A DNA stretch of 64,000 nt. Source: Catajapyx aquilonaris. Lineage: Eukaryota. This document shows, in pieces, positions 12,501-25,598 of the stretch (within the stretch, counting starts at the first letter, position 1; each line of letters starts with the position of its first letter). Position numbers and translations under genes: made by a program. The stretch lies in contig JYFJ02001761.1 of NCBI GenBank assembly GCA_000934665.2, positions 1-64,000 on the forward strand. The letters are read 5' to 3'. The notes beneath the pieces are model-generated. The model was not told where the DNA came from. It ran no database searches and saw only the letters and a program-made list of their open reading frames with translations.

Positions 12501-15500
12501 CGAAGGTACTTGACATGACAACTTCTGCATCAGTGTGAGGTGAACCATGAAATAATTTTGGTTCAATATGAAGTACTGTTTTCACCTTTCATGGACAATA
12601 AACTGAGGGTGCTTCACATTTTTCAGGGGCTGGAGAGCGTCGCAGGCAGGGAGATGCCGTGGATTGTCCCCTTTGCCGTGCACCATGGGTGGAAGAGGAC
12701 CAACAGGAGGAGATTGATCCCTCATCAAATCTCAACAGTTCACCACAAAACGTACCTGATTCCAGTGGCCTTGCCCCACCACTACCTCCTTTGACCCCTT
12801 CACCACTTCCCTCTCCTTCCGCCACGTCCCCACCCCCAAGAGTACCCACCCCACCTGTGCCTTTCACAATCCCCACACCCACAAGGCACAAACCTCCAAA
12901 CCAGAGCCCTGCCCCTTCATGCAATGGACACTCCAGGAGGAGGGGAAGCAGAGAGAGAAATGGGTGTGCACGTGAACCACAGAAGGGCTACTCTCCTTGC
13001 TACTTCCCAACTTCAGGACCAATTAGGGCACCAGCACCTTCCAATGCTGGAAAGCATTCCAACCAGAGGCAACATCGTCCTGTGCATGCCTTCTCAGTAC
13101 TTCCAGACAAAATCATTCTACCTCATGCGGAGCCCATTCCAGATGAGCACATGCATACTGCTGGCTCTTGGATCAAAGTGAGTGGGATGTTCCTTTGTTG
13201 ATGGGGGTAGCTTGCTACAAACAATTATATTTGATTCCACCCTCAAAGTGACACTGCGCTTAAAAAGAAAAGCATGTACGACATTTAGTATGCAAGTATT
13301 CATTTCTTGCACTTTTATTTTCAGGCTGATCATAGCCATAGTTCTTCCATATTCAACATTGTTTCCCATGGGTTTCAGTGCTTGATTAGGGTGCGATAAA
13401 TTTTTGTTCAACGGCTATTGTTTCTCGTTCACAAGGTTAAGGCTTTCACAGCAATATCTTGGATACGTAAACTATTTTGGAATTCTATTGTGTCCACACC
13501 TGTGTCAGTCACAAGTTCTTAGTTTCAGATTGTTGGGCATTAACCTGGGAATTCAATAAGGAATGAAAATTGTTTGTGCGGTGCGGGTCAGTGTATGGGC
13601 AGTCATAAAGATAGAATTGGAATTTAAAATTCGGGGTCATGACTTTTCCACCCTTTTTTTTTTTTGGCTAGGTATTTGGTGCAGATCTTGTGGCCTGCCT
13701 GTTCTCCAGAGACTGGGTAGTGCGAGAGACTGCTCTTCGGCGCCTCACACACGAAGTCACCAGTGTCCTGCACTATGAGAGTACCTACAACTTCGAGGAG
13801 AGGAGTGAGAAGGTCATTCGCAGCTGTGCCAACATTCTCGCCATGCTAGCTTCTGATCCTGTTTACAAAGTGTACCTTGGATGTCTGGTATGTTTGCATT
13901 CCTTTGCGCTTAGTTATGACACCTGCGTGACCCATGAGCATGCTCTTATAAGTGAAAAAGGAAGGGAATGTATTTGCACCTTCACATTATTGAGACAAAA
14001 TTAAAACTTGAAATAGTGCAAGCTGAAATATTTAAAATGCTCTAATGATAGATATGAATATTGTTACTTAGGATAAGACTGCAATAATATGCCCTCACAA
14101 CCAGTGATGTGTCATTTGAATTTTATTCTCCACCAGCGCTGCCTTAGGGCTCTCCTGGCATACACAGACTGCCAAAGCCAGCAGGAGGTACAAGAGCTGC
14201 AATCTCTGATGCGCCCCATAGTGCGTACAGTCATTCTGAAGTGTGTAGATGGTAACCGTAAGACCAGCCAGTTGTCAGTCGAGTGCCTCTTGGAGCTAGC
14301 CCGAGGACAATCTGGGGAGATGGCACTCGGAAAACACTCTGTCAGACAATCCAGTAGTACCAAGGTTGGAGGGAATGACCTGGGAGGAGTGGAATTTGCC
14401 CTGGGCTGCATCCTGGAAGACTACAATGCAGAGAGAGTCACCTGGCAGTGGCTGCTAGGGAGGCTGGTTGTGTTGGACCAACTGCTGGAGGGATTCTCAG
14501 AAGAGTTTGCTTTGCGATATGTCATGCAGGATGGTGGAGGTTGCAAGCTTGCCAACTATGGACGTCTGATGAGTGTGATTGAGTTTGCCTTTCGGGCACT
14601 TAGGAGCAGTCATGCCACTGTGGCCAAACTCGCCAGGAGGGTTTTTGTTCAAGCTGCTAAGCTGACGGCTGTGGAGCCTTGCGTTTACAAACAGGTAAGA
14701 CAATCATTGTATATCATGTTTTGTGGAACCCATGCAGGATTTCCCTGCTTCGAAATTTTTTATGCTGGTGAATTATGCAAATTAATGTAGGCTGCAATCT
14801 GTGAACATGTAGTTAAATTATCCAAATTGTCGTAATGATAATGCAGACATACATAAATTTGTAATGTGAAACTGTAACCTGCATTTTTGTTTGACCTAGG
14901 TATGCGAGATGCTGTCGATGCTGGACATTGCCTTACAGCTGCGACTACGCCGCCGTCTCCTGATAGTAGTGGAAGGACATCACCATCACCACACACCCTG
15001 GACAAAGCATGGGAGAAGTGAAGTCTCACCCTGTCTTCTCGACTCCCCCACACCACCACCTCCCCATTCCACCTCCACCAATCGGACCCTTCTGCGCAGC
15101 CTGTCACACAGTCCATCCAGGAACAATGCATGGGCCAATAGAGAGCAGCCAGTTCGACCCACACACCTCCCACTGGATGGCTCCAGGTACTCGCCTCGGA
15201 AGCAGAAGAGGGCTGAAGAATGGGCGCCATGGGCAAATGGCAGCAGTGGGAGTGCACACACCCCGAGGGCCGATTCACCCACACCACTGATACGCCCAGA
15301 GAGGCACTTGTGGGGCAAATATGACGACACTGGATATGTAGAGGTGTCTAAGCCCTGCTTCAGAGGCAAGGTGACAACTCCAGACACTCCATCGGCTCCT
15401 CACACAACACCCGTGGCTGATACTTATGAAGACCATGACCTGGTTGAGGAAGAGGACAAAGTGCCATTGCCTTTCATCCCACAACTCACCTCCACAGAAA

Positions 15501-16614
15501 ACTCAGACGAGGAGTTGATAAACCTTCAGGAAGAGGTACGTAGTTGAGAAGACAATTTAATATCGATTGATTTTGTGATGTGTCCCTGGCGAACAATAAT
15601 TAATGCTCATTGGCTTTCCATTCCTACAGAATATGGAAGGTGAAACCCCAGCAGGAGTTTATGTGGAGGGGATTCACTGGATGAAAGGCCCTCTACTGGG
15701 CACCGGTGCCTTCAGTGCATGCTACCAAGCACGTGATGTCCGTACAGGGGCCCTTATGGCAGTCAAAGAGGTACCCATCAAGCGTAACACCACGGAGGAG
15801 CAGGAACGGGCTGAGGCTGCCCTGGCTAAAGAACTGTCTGTTATGCACCGCCTCCGACATCCCAATGTGGTGCGTGTTTTGGGTGCTGGAAAATCTGGCG
15901 ATTCCTTCCACCTGTTTGTGGAGTGGATGCCTGGAGGATCAGTCGCTGGATTGCTAGACCGGTATGGGGCATTTTCTGAACCAGTGATTTTGAGGTACAC
16001 TCGTCAAGTGCTCTGTGGCTTGGCTTACCTGCATCGGCGACATGTGTTGCACCGAGACTTGAAAGGAGGTAACTTGCTGGTGGATGCAACAGGGCATCAT
16101 CTGAGGATAGCAGACTTTGGAGCAGCTACAAGACTGGCATCACAGGCCACAGTTTCAGGGGAATTCCAAGGGCAGCTGCTGGGGACCATTGCATTCATGG
16201 CCCCAGAGGTGCTCAGGGGAGAGGATTACGGGAGGTCCTGCGACGTCTGGAGCGTTGGATGCTGCATCATCGAGATGGCCACCACCAAGCCACCATGGAA
16301 TGCTCTAGACGTCTCAAATCATCTTGCACTTATTTTCAAGGTGAGCTCAGCTGATTGTGCATGTGTTTTACATGCATTCTGATGTGCATAACTCATGATT
16401 TTTGCTGCTGTGTATCGGAATTACTGACTGGGATTTTTAACGACATTTTTAAATATTTCAGATTGCGTGCAGCACACTACCTCCACCAATCCCCCCCAGC
16501 CTTTCCCCGGTAGCTTGTGACCTGGCTTTGACTTGTCTCAGGGTGAATCCTGATCAGCGGCCAACAGCCAAGGAGCTTCTATTACACCCAGCGTTTGATG
16601 AAAAGGTTACCTGA
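6528..16614 (+). CDS. MAP3K1: Mitogen-activated protein kinase kinase kinase 1 (MEKK1), 13 predicted coding exons, ~1320 aa
   Basis: Phase-compatible GT-AG exons: 6528-6797, 7872-7925, 8849-9058, 10152-10361, 11730-11846, 11984-12138, 12219-12334, 12627-13177, 13672-13887, 14137-14694, 14900-15535, 15630-16340, 16462-16614. SWIM region [79 protein letters not shown]-like [17 protein letters not shown]; kinase [49 protein letters not shown]. The first three exons are low-complexity and less certain. Confidence 0.93.
8032..8271 (+). mobile_element. Putative non-autonomous Helitron/Helentron-type element in a MAP3K1 intron
   Basis: Starts ACTAGCAGGATACCCGGCATTGCTGGG (short hairpin next to a CTAG end) and ends ...ATGTATAAGAT, resembling the termini of invertebrate rolling-circle short elements. 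There is no second full copy in the window. Confidence 0.5.
9429..9668. mobile_element. Foldback MITE family A, copy 1 (MAP3K1 intron)
   Basis: Near-palindromic throughout: CAGTGTTGGACATTAAT..CTGCTAGCGACATTT..GTGCGAGTAAGAA..GGTGACGTCAC / GTGACGTCAC..TTCTTACTCGCAC..AAATGTCGCTAGCAG..TCCAGCATTG. Homologous to 33069-33343 and 63443-63542. Confidence 0.88.
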
Positions 16615-17595
16615 AAGGCGGTAAAACAGTTAGGCCAAGGTTCAGATAAGAACAGGGATGATGGCAAGTAGGATGACCCTTCTTCAACTCCCATCCTTTA
16701 TTTATTAGGATTTCAGATTTTTATTATTTTATTAGTTGCAGTGTGACACGGTTCCACTGCCGGCCAAGTGGCACGTAACAGGTTCCTCATCCCAAAGTGA
16801 TGAGTCTGTCGTCAGCGATTTTTGAGTGTTTTACGCGATAGGAGAGCGTATTTTCCTCTTCAGTGTGTAGGGAAGGGCTTAAATGAAGGAGCTGCTTGTT
16901 TTTTTACTGTTCCACTTTTAGGAGGTTCAGATACTTACAATTTTTTGCACCACTGATAGTTTTGCAGCTGGATCTCTCGCATTTGTGGGTTGTGCAAACA
17001 TACAGGGACCAGGATTCATGTTAGATGCCATATCACAGTTTCCAACATTTCCACATACACGAAACATTCTACGAAGCACCTCCTCCATGTCGTATTCCAT
17101 GTTTTTATTTTTTCTCACTAGACATGGTTGTTAATGTAGTGGTATATGCAAATATCACTTTAGCCTTTGACATGACTTGTCATGCAAGGGAGAAGTACTG
17201 CAGTGCACACTAATCTTAAGATAAGTAGCGAGAAGACTGTTTTTTATTTCCTGTTGACAAATCACTGTTAAAACATCGAAGGTGCCAAACTCTTTTTTTT
17301 TAAATCGCAAGTTGATTAAGTCTTGTGCAAATAGCATGAGATTAACGGAACAAAGTTCTGTGCACTTTGTTGACATGTTGCCCTGCTGCACAGAATTCAT
17401 GTTGGTGAGCATGAAGTTTCAAAAACTAAAATTAAAAATGGTCTCCTTTTCCCAATAAAATGTATGTTACTCGAAAGTATCAATTGTTGTCTTTCTGACT
17501 TGAACCCTTGTCATGAACGCTTGGTTCAGGTGTGGAAAAATTAATTCCACTCTGAAGAGCTGCTGTGATGGGCCTGGCCAAAGGTCACCCATTTG

Positions 17596-18178
17596 CAGTG
17601 ACGTATTTAGCATTTTGCCGCCCCTAGGCATAACCTTATCTGCCGCCCCCCACTCCTGTCTGTTTTTTAGGTCCGAGATTGGGGAAATTCCGCAGTTTGC
17701 GGATTTCAAGGCCAAATATCTCGAAAATTGTTGTTTTAAATTATTTTGAAATTTTGGTGATTCAAGTACTTAGCAAAATCCAGTGAATTTCATCTTGGGG
17801 GTTATACATTTTCTATGCCGCTCCAAGGTGAATCGGCCGATGCCCAGACAAGTAAGGGTGAAAGTCGCCTGTAGATCCTGCACAGATCCCCACTGTCCTA
17901 GGGGGGAAGGGTGCACGCGACTTTCGCCTTACTGGTCTCGAGCATCGGGCGATTCATCTTGGGGCGGCACATGAACGGTGACGCCATAAAGTCTTGCATA
18001 AAGTACATATTTTCGCAGGCGTCAAAATTTTCTCCTCGATAAAATTTTTCGCCTCCATGACATTTAATGTCATGGAGGCGGAAAATTATCTTGACTCTAG
18101 GGCGGCAAATTTTGCCGCCCCCTAAAATTTGCCGCCCTAGGCACGTGCCTACTTGGCCTAATTGGTAATATGTCACTG
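17596..18178. mobile_element. Non-autonomous hAT-like element between the MAP3K1 and PGAP6 3' ends
   Basis: TIRs CAGTGACGTATT / AATATGTCACTG; flanking 8-bp direct repeats CCCATTTG (17588-17595) and CCCATGTG (18179-18186), one mismatch; repeated subterminal TGCCGCCCC/GCCGCCCTAGGCA motifs. Confidence 0.85.
17814..17971. mobile_element. Foldback MITE family B, copy nested inside the hAT-like element
   Basis: TATGCCGCTCCAAGGTGAATCG..AGTAAGGGTGAAAGTCGC / GCGACTTTCGCCTTACT..CGATTCATCTTGGGGCGGCACA, homologous to 46725-46888. Confidence 0.75.
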
Positions 18179-19679
18179 CCCATGTGGATGCACCTATTGG
18201 GTGTGATGTCGAGTAGAATAAGAGATGACCTGTGGGTGCAACGTATCCTGTCGCATTGTTGAAGGACATAAGAATTCTTGGGGTATAACGCAAATGCAGT
18301 GGGCCAAAGAAATCATCACACAGAAATGCATTTATATGCTATTTTATTTTCGTGGCCAAGGTCCCTTGAACTGTGACGGATATGTGATTAAAACGCTGGT
18401 GTTACTTCTGGGAAACCTTGATTGCAGCGATACGTGTAGACTGGATTAAGTACACATTCATGTGCTCACAACAGCATTGTATTATCACTCGGTGACACTG
18501 AACACATTTACCTAAAAGTTACAGCTCCGTTGCAAAAATAATGGCGTGACACGTGCCACAGAGGCAGAATCACACCGATGAACTGTCTGGTTTTTATGTA
18601 CACTACATGCAACGATTTTGCATAGCAGGTCAAATATTACGTATGTATTGTGTGCAAAAATCCAGACATGTACACATCTCTTTTGATTTAAAAAACGATC
18701 AGCACAATAAAACACAACTTGTGACTTATCACACAGTTCCCAGCAACTACCTTCCTACACCACTCATCTCCGTCACACCTTACAATTACGATTACTCACA
18801 CGGCAACAATCACTAGGTGTCCACACCCAGAACTAAAACAGATATTTTTTATTTTGTACAGTCTTGACTTATTTTTAAATGCCATTTATAACAGCAATGG
18901 GCATCTACTTGTGCTACATTAAAACCCTCCATTTAGAGAATGATGACTAGCGGTAATACCTGGCAAGGGGGGGGGGGGAAAATTTGACGACGCAAAGAAA
19001 TGCAGTGTTGAGATCACAAGGCAGAGCGCCGCACTGCCAAAATAATATCATTCCTCTTTTACAAGCTCTGGACTCTTTAGAAGAGAAAGCACTGATCTTG
19101 AGGCGAGAACCTCGGGTTTGACTAACAGCCCTCTGGTAACAAAAATAAATATAGTTAGGAACACATCTTTCATGCTAAACTAAAAAACTTGAGGGGGTGT
19201 GTCAAAAATACAGCTCCCTGTCAATAAATAAATAGGTTTACATAAATATCTCTGGCAAAATGCTGAAAAGATTCAGCACTATATATCATCAAGGTCAGTT
19301 GCCCCAACTGCAGTAGGCTTATGTCATTGTCGTAACAAACATTGATGATACTCACAGGGCGGTTAATAATTGACATTACCCTCCTGCGCCTATTATAGCT
19401 TTCACCCTGCCTGTCCTGTGCAGTTGTGTGAATTGACATACAGGGTGCTCTAGAACCAAATTGTGTGAGCAGTCATGTAAATAAGTAACATCATTATACT
19501 TATGCTGTTACTTATCAAACCTGCAAAAAATTTTGTTTTTCCCGATATCCACCCTCGACCACCCTGCAAAGCCATTTCTGAACTGTGATGGGGAAGAAAA
19601 CTGAAATATTTGGGAATGCGAGAGGAATGGATGGCTTGCATTCTGGGATGGCTTTGGACTTACTCAGCCATCGTAACAC

Positions 19680-22600
19680 TCAGGACGAAGTTGGATGCAG
19701 CCGGTCTAGGTCAGAAGTGACGAAAAAAACAGGGCTGGAAGAGATTGGCTGGTCGTTGACATCAAAGAGTTCCGAGTCGTTTCCGCTGTTTGCATCTGTC
19801 ATGTACTGGTAGGTGCTGGCGGAGGATGATGTATGGTTGGCCTTACTCTTGGACATTGGTGTATGGGGCAGCAGAAACACTAGTGACAGGGCTATCACTA
19901 TATGCCAAGCACTGTGTACATACTGCAGAGAGAAAATGAGCAACTGAGCTCAACTGGCAACATCCCAAAAGCATGCAAGGAGTAACTGAAACAGTGATAT
20001 TTCCTGTCGCAGGCCTTGACAGATATGAAGGAATCCAACAACCGTCACCCCCTTACCTGGTAGTTCTCCTCAGTCTCCACGAAGGCAAAGAGTACAAGCC
20101 CCATCACAGCCAGTATCACCCCAGGCCCTGCCAACACCACCTTCCTCTTCTCCAGTGACACACAACCTCTCTTCCGGAAGCACCTCACTACCCAAGATGC
20201 CACCTGAAGAAACAAAAGGCATTGGCTTAAAAATTTCATTCCTTAAAAACATCATGCTGTGGATTATACTCACTGGTATGCTAACTCCAAGAGCAAACGG
20301 GATCACAAACACCCAGAGTCCAGTGCGGTTGTACTCGACTCCGACTGCAATGACCACCACCCCGGCCATGTGGAATGCTGATGCTAGTTTTGGAGGGAAT
20401 GCTGCCATGGCAATGAGTGTGACCCAGAAGGCCAGCACCGAACAGAAGAAATCGCAGAACTGCAGCACCTCGTACTTTGTGGCACACCATCCATATGTCT
20501 CCTCGTCACAAGCGTGGTACAATGTTGAGAAAATCATTGTGGATGTGTATACCACCCCCTCTGTATACAACCCCCGCCGGAATGCAATTGCTACTGCTGG
20601 CACGAAAAACAAGTTGCTGAGTGTCAGCAACAGGGTCGTCATGAGCAATTCTGCGTCTGGTATTGCCTCGGATGCATCTGAACATGCCCAGCCGCGATAT
20701 CCACCTGTGCAGGTGCATGCAGTGAAGAAGAACTGGCCCTTGTGCGATTCTTGGCACACCCCTCTTGGCCCACACCCATCCCTGGCTGATATACATGGCT
20801 GAGTCCGTATTTCCAAGGATACCATGACTTCATCAAAAGCACATCTGATTTCTCGCCCTCCCAAGAAGCACCTTGCCTGAAAGGCCACAAACCAGCGATC
20901 AGGTTCAGGAAAGGGCACCAGCACTGAGGCATCCATGGAGTGGAGGTCATGGGATGTCACGTTGAGCAAGAGTTCCTCCTGGCAATTGATGAGGACACCT
21001 GGTGCGGACTGGATAAATTCTGGGGGTCGTCCCTTGGACAGACAAGCAGAGACAGTCAGGAGCTGGAAGGTGGCATTGAGAAGAAGCTCATCCAGATGGA
21101 GGCCCACACTCAGGGTGCCTCCAATGTCCACGAAGGGAAGAAGGTCTAGCTGAACCAGAACTGGAAGGTGATTGGTCAGGGCCAGCCAGGTTGTGTACCA
21201 CTCACGACCCTGTAAAACGTTTTATTCACAGTTTTAGTTCATAGTCGTCTTTGCAGCAAATGATTGCTTGTGAGCTGTACTCGAATTTAAAACAAAGTAT
21301 CACCTGGAGGAGAAAGGTGTCCGAAAAATCCTGCACATGTTTGATCCTTGCCAACTGGAAGACAGGCAAGCATATTTTCCCCACGCCAGGGAAGTGGGCA
21401 TCACTGTCACTACTAGCAACAGAGGTGGTGGTGGTCGATGAGGAGGTGGTAGCGGTCAACACTGCATTGACCCAATCCACCCTGACAGAATCATTCTGCT
21501 GCCCCCTCGAGTCATGGGTGGCCATCCTCCCAGTACTGACTGACTCTGTTATCTGTGCAAATTGCCTGGCTATGGTCCTCCCGAGGACCTCCACATTGCA
21601 CTCATGTGTGGTCACCTCAGCCTCAAAGTAAGCATGGAACTCAGTCACCACCAGCAGGTAGTAGTAACTCTCAGTGTATGGGTGTGACACCTCCAGTACC
21701 AATTCCTTACTCCCAGAGGACAGGACTCCACTTGGATTATCACTGGAGTTCCCATCTGAATTGTGCATTGGGAGGGCTCGTCCTTGGAGGGATGCATACT
21801 GGATGCAAAGTGGTGGGGGTGTAGATGTGGAGGAGTTGGTGCCACTAGTCCGGGGAATAGGAGATGTGCGGAACTCACAGTTGCTTAGCACTAGCTGCAG
21901 GTACCACACTCCTGCTGGAACATAGAATCTGAAAAATAAGGAAGATCCGTTGAATCAGCTCTACCTCCGATTAAACCATGGAATTGGAAAGCACCCTGTT
22001 ATTATAACACATAAACTACAACATAAAGTAAGGAGACCAGTGAAAATCGCCTACTTGAAATATGAGAAATTTTCAGTGGTGAGCAGGCCGTTTCTGGTCC
22101 CTGTCTTGATGAGGGGTATGTTGGGCACCTGCGACCAGAGAGCAATGGACCCAAGGCTGTAATGACAGGTCCTCCCAATGCCTTCCTGCTGCACCTGTTG
22201 GTCCCAGTGGGGCATGTAAGCTGCGGCAAACCAATTCCCAGGAAGAGGGCCATACAGGGGGAAGATGGTGGCATCGTGTGGTTGGTATGCTGACTCCAGG
22301 ATAAATGTATGAAGAGAGGTTCGATGCGTGTAGACCCCTTCAGGAAAACTCGCATTGTCTGGGCTCATCACTGGGTAACTCCCATGCTGCAAGTGACTGT
22401 AGAGCAGAATAACAATGAGCACTTCTACTAAAATTTAACAAAATTTGGCCATATTAGGGCTATTAATAAGAACATCTGAAACTCACACATGAACCTGTCT
22501 GACAGGGCAGTCTGGGCCGTCCATAAAGGCAGCAAACTCCCATGTGGCCCGACTAACCTCCCCAGGCACATAGTAGTGGAAGAGGGTCACGTCAGCGTAG

Positions 22601-24509
22601 CTCTTGTATGGATGCAGCAGACCCTCCTGACTTGCCTCAGGAAGAATTGTTCTCACCACTGGGAGAAGGCGACAGAATGAAAAATTATTCAACAGGAATT
22701 ACACAGCCCTCGAATAGGCCCATAAGTGATCCAAGCACCTGTTTATTAATATTCTAGTGTCCAAGTTGCACTGACTTGAGTCACTAAAATGCAATTTGTT
22801 AATCACATACAGGCAGGTTGTAGAGAGGAGTGCCAAGGAAAGTCTCTGTGTATGAGTGTAAAAAATGCAAGGCGGGGATCCCAGTACAAGGGACATAAAT
22901 ACTCATGCTAATTGACTCCATTCAATTTCATATTTGAGTGACAGTTTCTGTTAGAGTGACAGGAACTTCCTCTGCTGGCACATCCGCTGTGGACGTTGTA
23001 TAATATCGAGGCAGCAAGCAAATGACATTTATTAATTTATTCCACGTGTCCAATTTACAACAGAATCTTGTTTCCCTACATGTTATGAGAATGCCAGAAA
23101 AAATGCAAATGTACACTGTAGGAACACAAATCTCCCTGAAATAGCAGCAATTCCGAGAATAATTCACTAATCTAGAAAAGCTCCAGTGAGCCTGCGTAAC
23201 AAAATTAGGGGAAAATAAGCTCATTAATTCAAGGCCCTATGGATTCTGGTGTCTATTACACTGCCATGTTCCCTCATGTATTGTTTTATTAGGTTACCAA
23301 AATTGTCCTACGTGGCTTTTTAATTTTGTCAATTACTCTTGAGCATTACTTTCGGGGCAGAAAAAGTGTTTTGGACAATGTTAGGCACAATGGCAACATG
23401 CGCAAACTGAATATATATTAACTTCCAAGCTTAAATATTATACACTTGAAGAAGTGGCCCCCGAGCCCTATTTTTATGAGCCACATTTCCTTGCCCATCC
23501 ACTTTTGGCTTGTGGGAAATTCCCCACAGAGGGAAATGTGGCAACCGCATGGCTTTATCAGAGATGCGGTTAGATAGCATCTTAGATACGGAATATCACC
23601 GAGTTCCTCCTTCTGAAACTTGTTATTTTTACATATATCCACACACCTGAACTCTCATCCACTGTAGGTGTTATGATAATAACCTGTCTTAAAATAACCG
23701 CACTGGAACAACATGTGGCAAGATAAGCAAAATAATAATTAGCTTGAGTGCTGATTATTTCAACACTACCAAACGCCCTTGAATATCTCTTCTCCATTCC
23801 CCCGGGATAGACACGCCTGCAGAACATTAACAGAATGAACTGCCTGCTCCCAGACACGGCCTACTAAACAAGTCGGATGCACTGCCACCTTTTGCTTTGC
23901 CTCATTACCTGAGAATAATCTGACCTCCACATTTGGCTCTCTTGTAGTTTATGCCCATGCCAAGTAATCTACGCACAGGTTGACCAACAAATTAATAGTT
24001 CCCAGGTAACGCCAGTTTTCGGAATTGGCGGAGGAGGCATTACCTGGCAACCGCTGGCAACTACGTGAACACTTTGGGACTGCAAGTATGACCAGCACTG
24101 TACAGTACATGATATTTGATGATGTTCATTGAAATGACTTATTCTCCCTTGCATAGAGCGCCAGAGGCGTGTGTTCTGGATAGATGCGGAGGATGAGGAA
24201 GTACAGGCCCAATGTCACGCTCCACTGGCCTCGAGCAAGGTCGACCACTGAAGGTCCCCCCTGCTCCCCCCCTGTTTATAACTGCACTGTTACGCAACAC
24301 CCCCCGCCCGCCGGCCTGCGCCAATGTTTTGACAGGCAGAGTCAACAGCCGTGCGGAACACTTGATTACGACGACGACGACCAAGAAGGAAACAGCGAGC
24401 GGTACTCACGGGAGAGCTCAATGAGGAAGTAGAGGCAGCAGAGATGGGCCCACCCCAGGCCGTAGGAGGAGAGCTGCAGGCGCCCCTGCCACCAACAGGA
24501 GGAAGCCAT
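19680..24509 (-). CDS. PGAP6: TMEM8/PGAP6 family protein (signal peptide, luminal domain, EGF-like domain, 7TM CREST/DUF3522 domain)
   Basis: Approximate exons: 24509-24410 (hydrophobic leader), 22659-22487, 22396-22054, 21927-21304, 21209-20274, 20203-20058, 19923-19680. Motifs YKSYADVTLFHYYVP, GNWFAAAY, DIGGTL, EGF-like CGPRGVCQE..CTCTGGYRGWACSD, LLLTLSNLFFVPA, FSTLYHACD, LQFCDF and YVHSAWH. Orthology to TMEM8A versus TMEM8B cannot be resolved by eye. Confidence 0.9.
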
Positions 24510-25598
24510 GGTCGGCCTCTCCTCAGCCCCTGGGAGGGAGGGTGCCACCGGCCTGCCCTAGCCTCGGTCTCCTGAGGCCCAGGGCCCACCCTCCTCGGAG
24601 CTCGGACAGCCCGTGGTTCAGACCTCTGCACACAAAGGTGCGGACGACACGAACAACCGAGCCCAAATGGTGGAGACAGGAGGGCGCTACGGGGCAGCAC
24701 TGTAGCTGGGGGGGAGGGGGAGTGGTGGCTGCGTTCAGAAGAGGAGCTCACTGTGGCCATCTAGCGGGGATGGTTGGAATCTCAAGCGTGTGTTGTGCGA
24801 ACGCACCCCGTGTGTTCGAGAGCCTTGCTGTTGCATCGGAACAAGGAGAGGATGCCGTACCCGCGGTACCTGTACCCCCTGGTCCGGCCGAAGAATGGAA
24901 GGAGGCCGGCCAAGGAGCCCTTCCCCTTCCAGGAGCTGCTCCCACTACAGCTACAAGACAAGGTCTCCGGGAAGGGACAGAAGACGGCAGGTAACTAGCC
25001 ACCGAGAGGTCCTGGATGTGGAGGAAAATGTGCCCACCCGGCACCCCCCATACCTTGACACACTGAAGCCTACAAGATAAATGCGAGGGATATTCCCAGA
25101 ATAGCCCGCAGTTTGCTGTTAATCCCAAAAAAATTGCCTTTGCCTGTATTTCAGATCCCCGTTACGTGTTATCTGTACTTACCAATTTTCTACTTTCCAG
25201 ATGTGGCGTGCTTGCAAGAAATATCCCTTTTGTTTGCCTGCTTCCAGAAAAATGACTTCAATGAAGCCCTCTGTTCTAATGAGGCACTCAAACTGCAGAA
25301 CTGCCACAAGGAATTCAGGGTCAGTTTATGGAAACCAGAGATTCAAAATCTTCAATTTTTATTAACCAACGTGATTCTATTTAACAACTCACAGGCCATG
25401 AAAAGACACCAGGCTGAACAAGAAAAGCTGGGAGTGGTGGCTCACAATGTCAAGAAACTGCCAACCAAACAGCTCAACACATTTCTTAGCCGATTCCCAC
25501 AACCTAAATGATCTTGTACAACTAGAGAGTAACTTGTAATGAAAATAAATGTATAAAAATGCTACTGCATAAAAAATACTTGAAACTAATAAAATGTT

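Noticed and set aside
20155..20802. 215-aa plus-strand ORF, and similar antisense ORFs over MAP3K1, MCM2, FGD and makorin exons
   Set aside because: Shadow ORFs opposite real coding exons.
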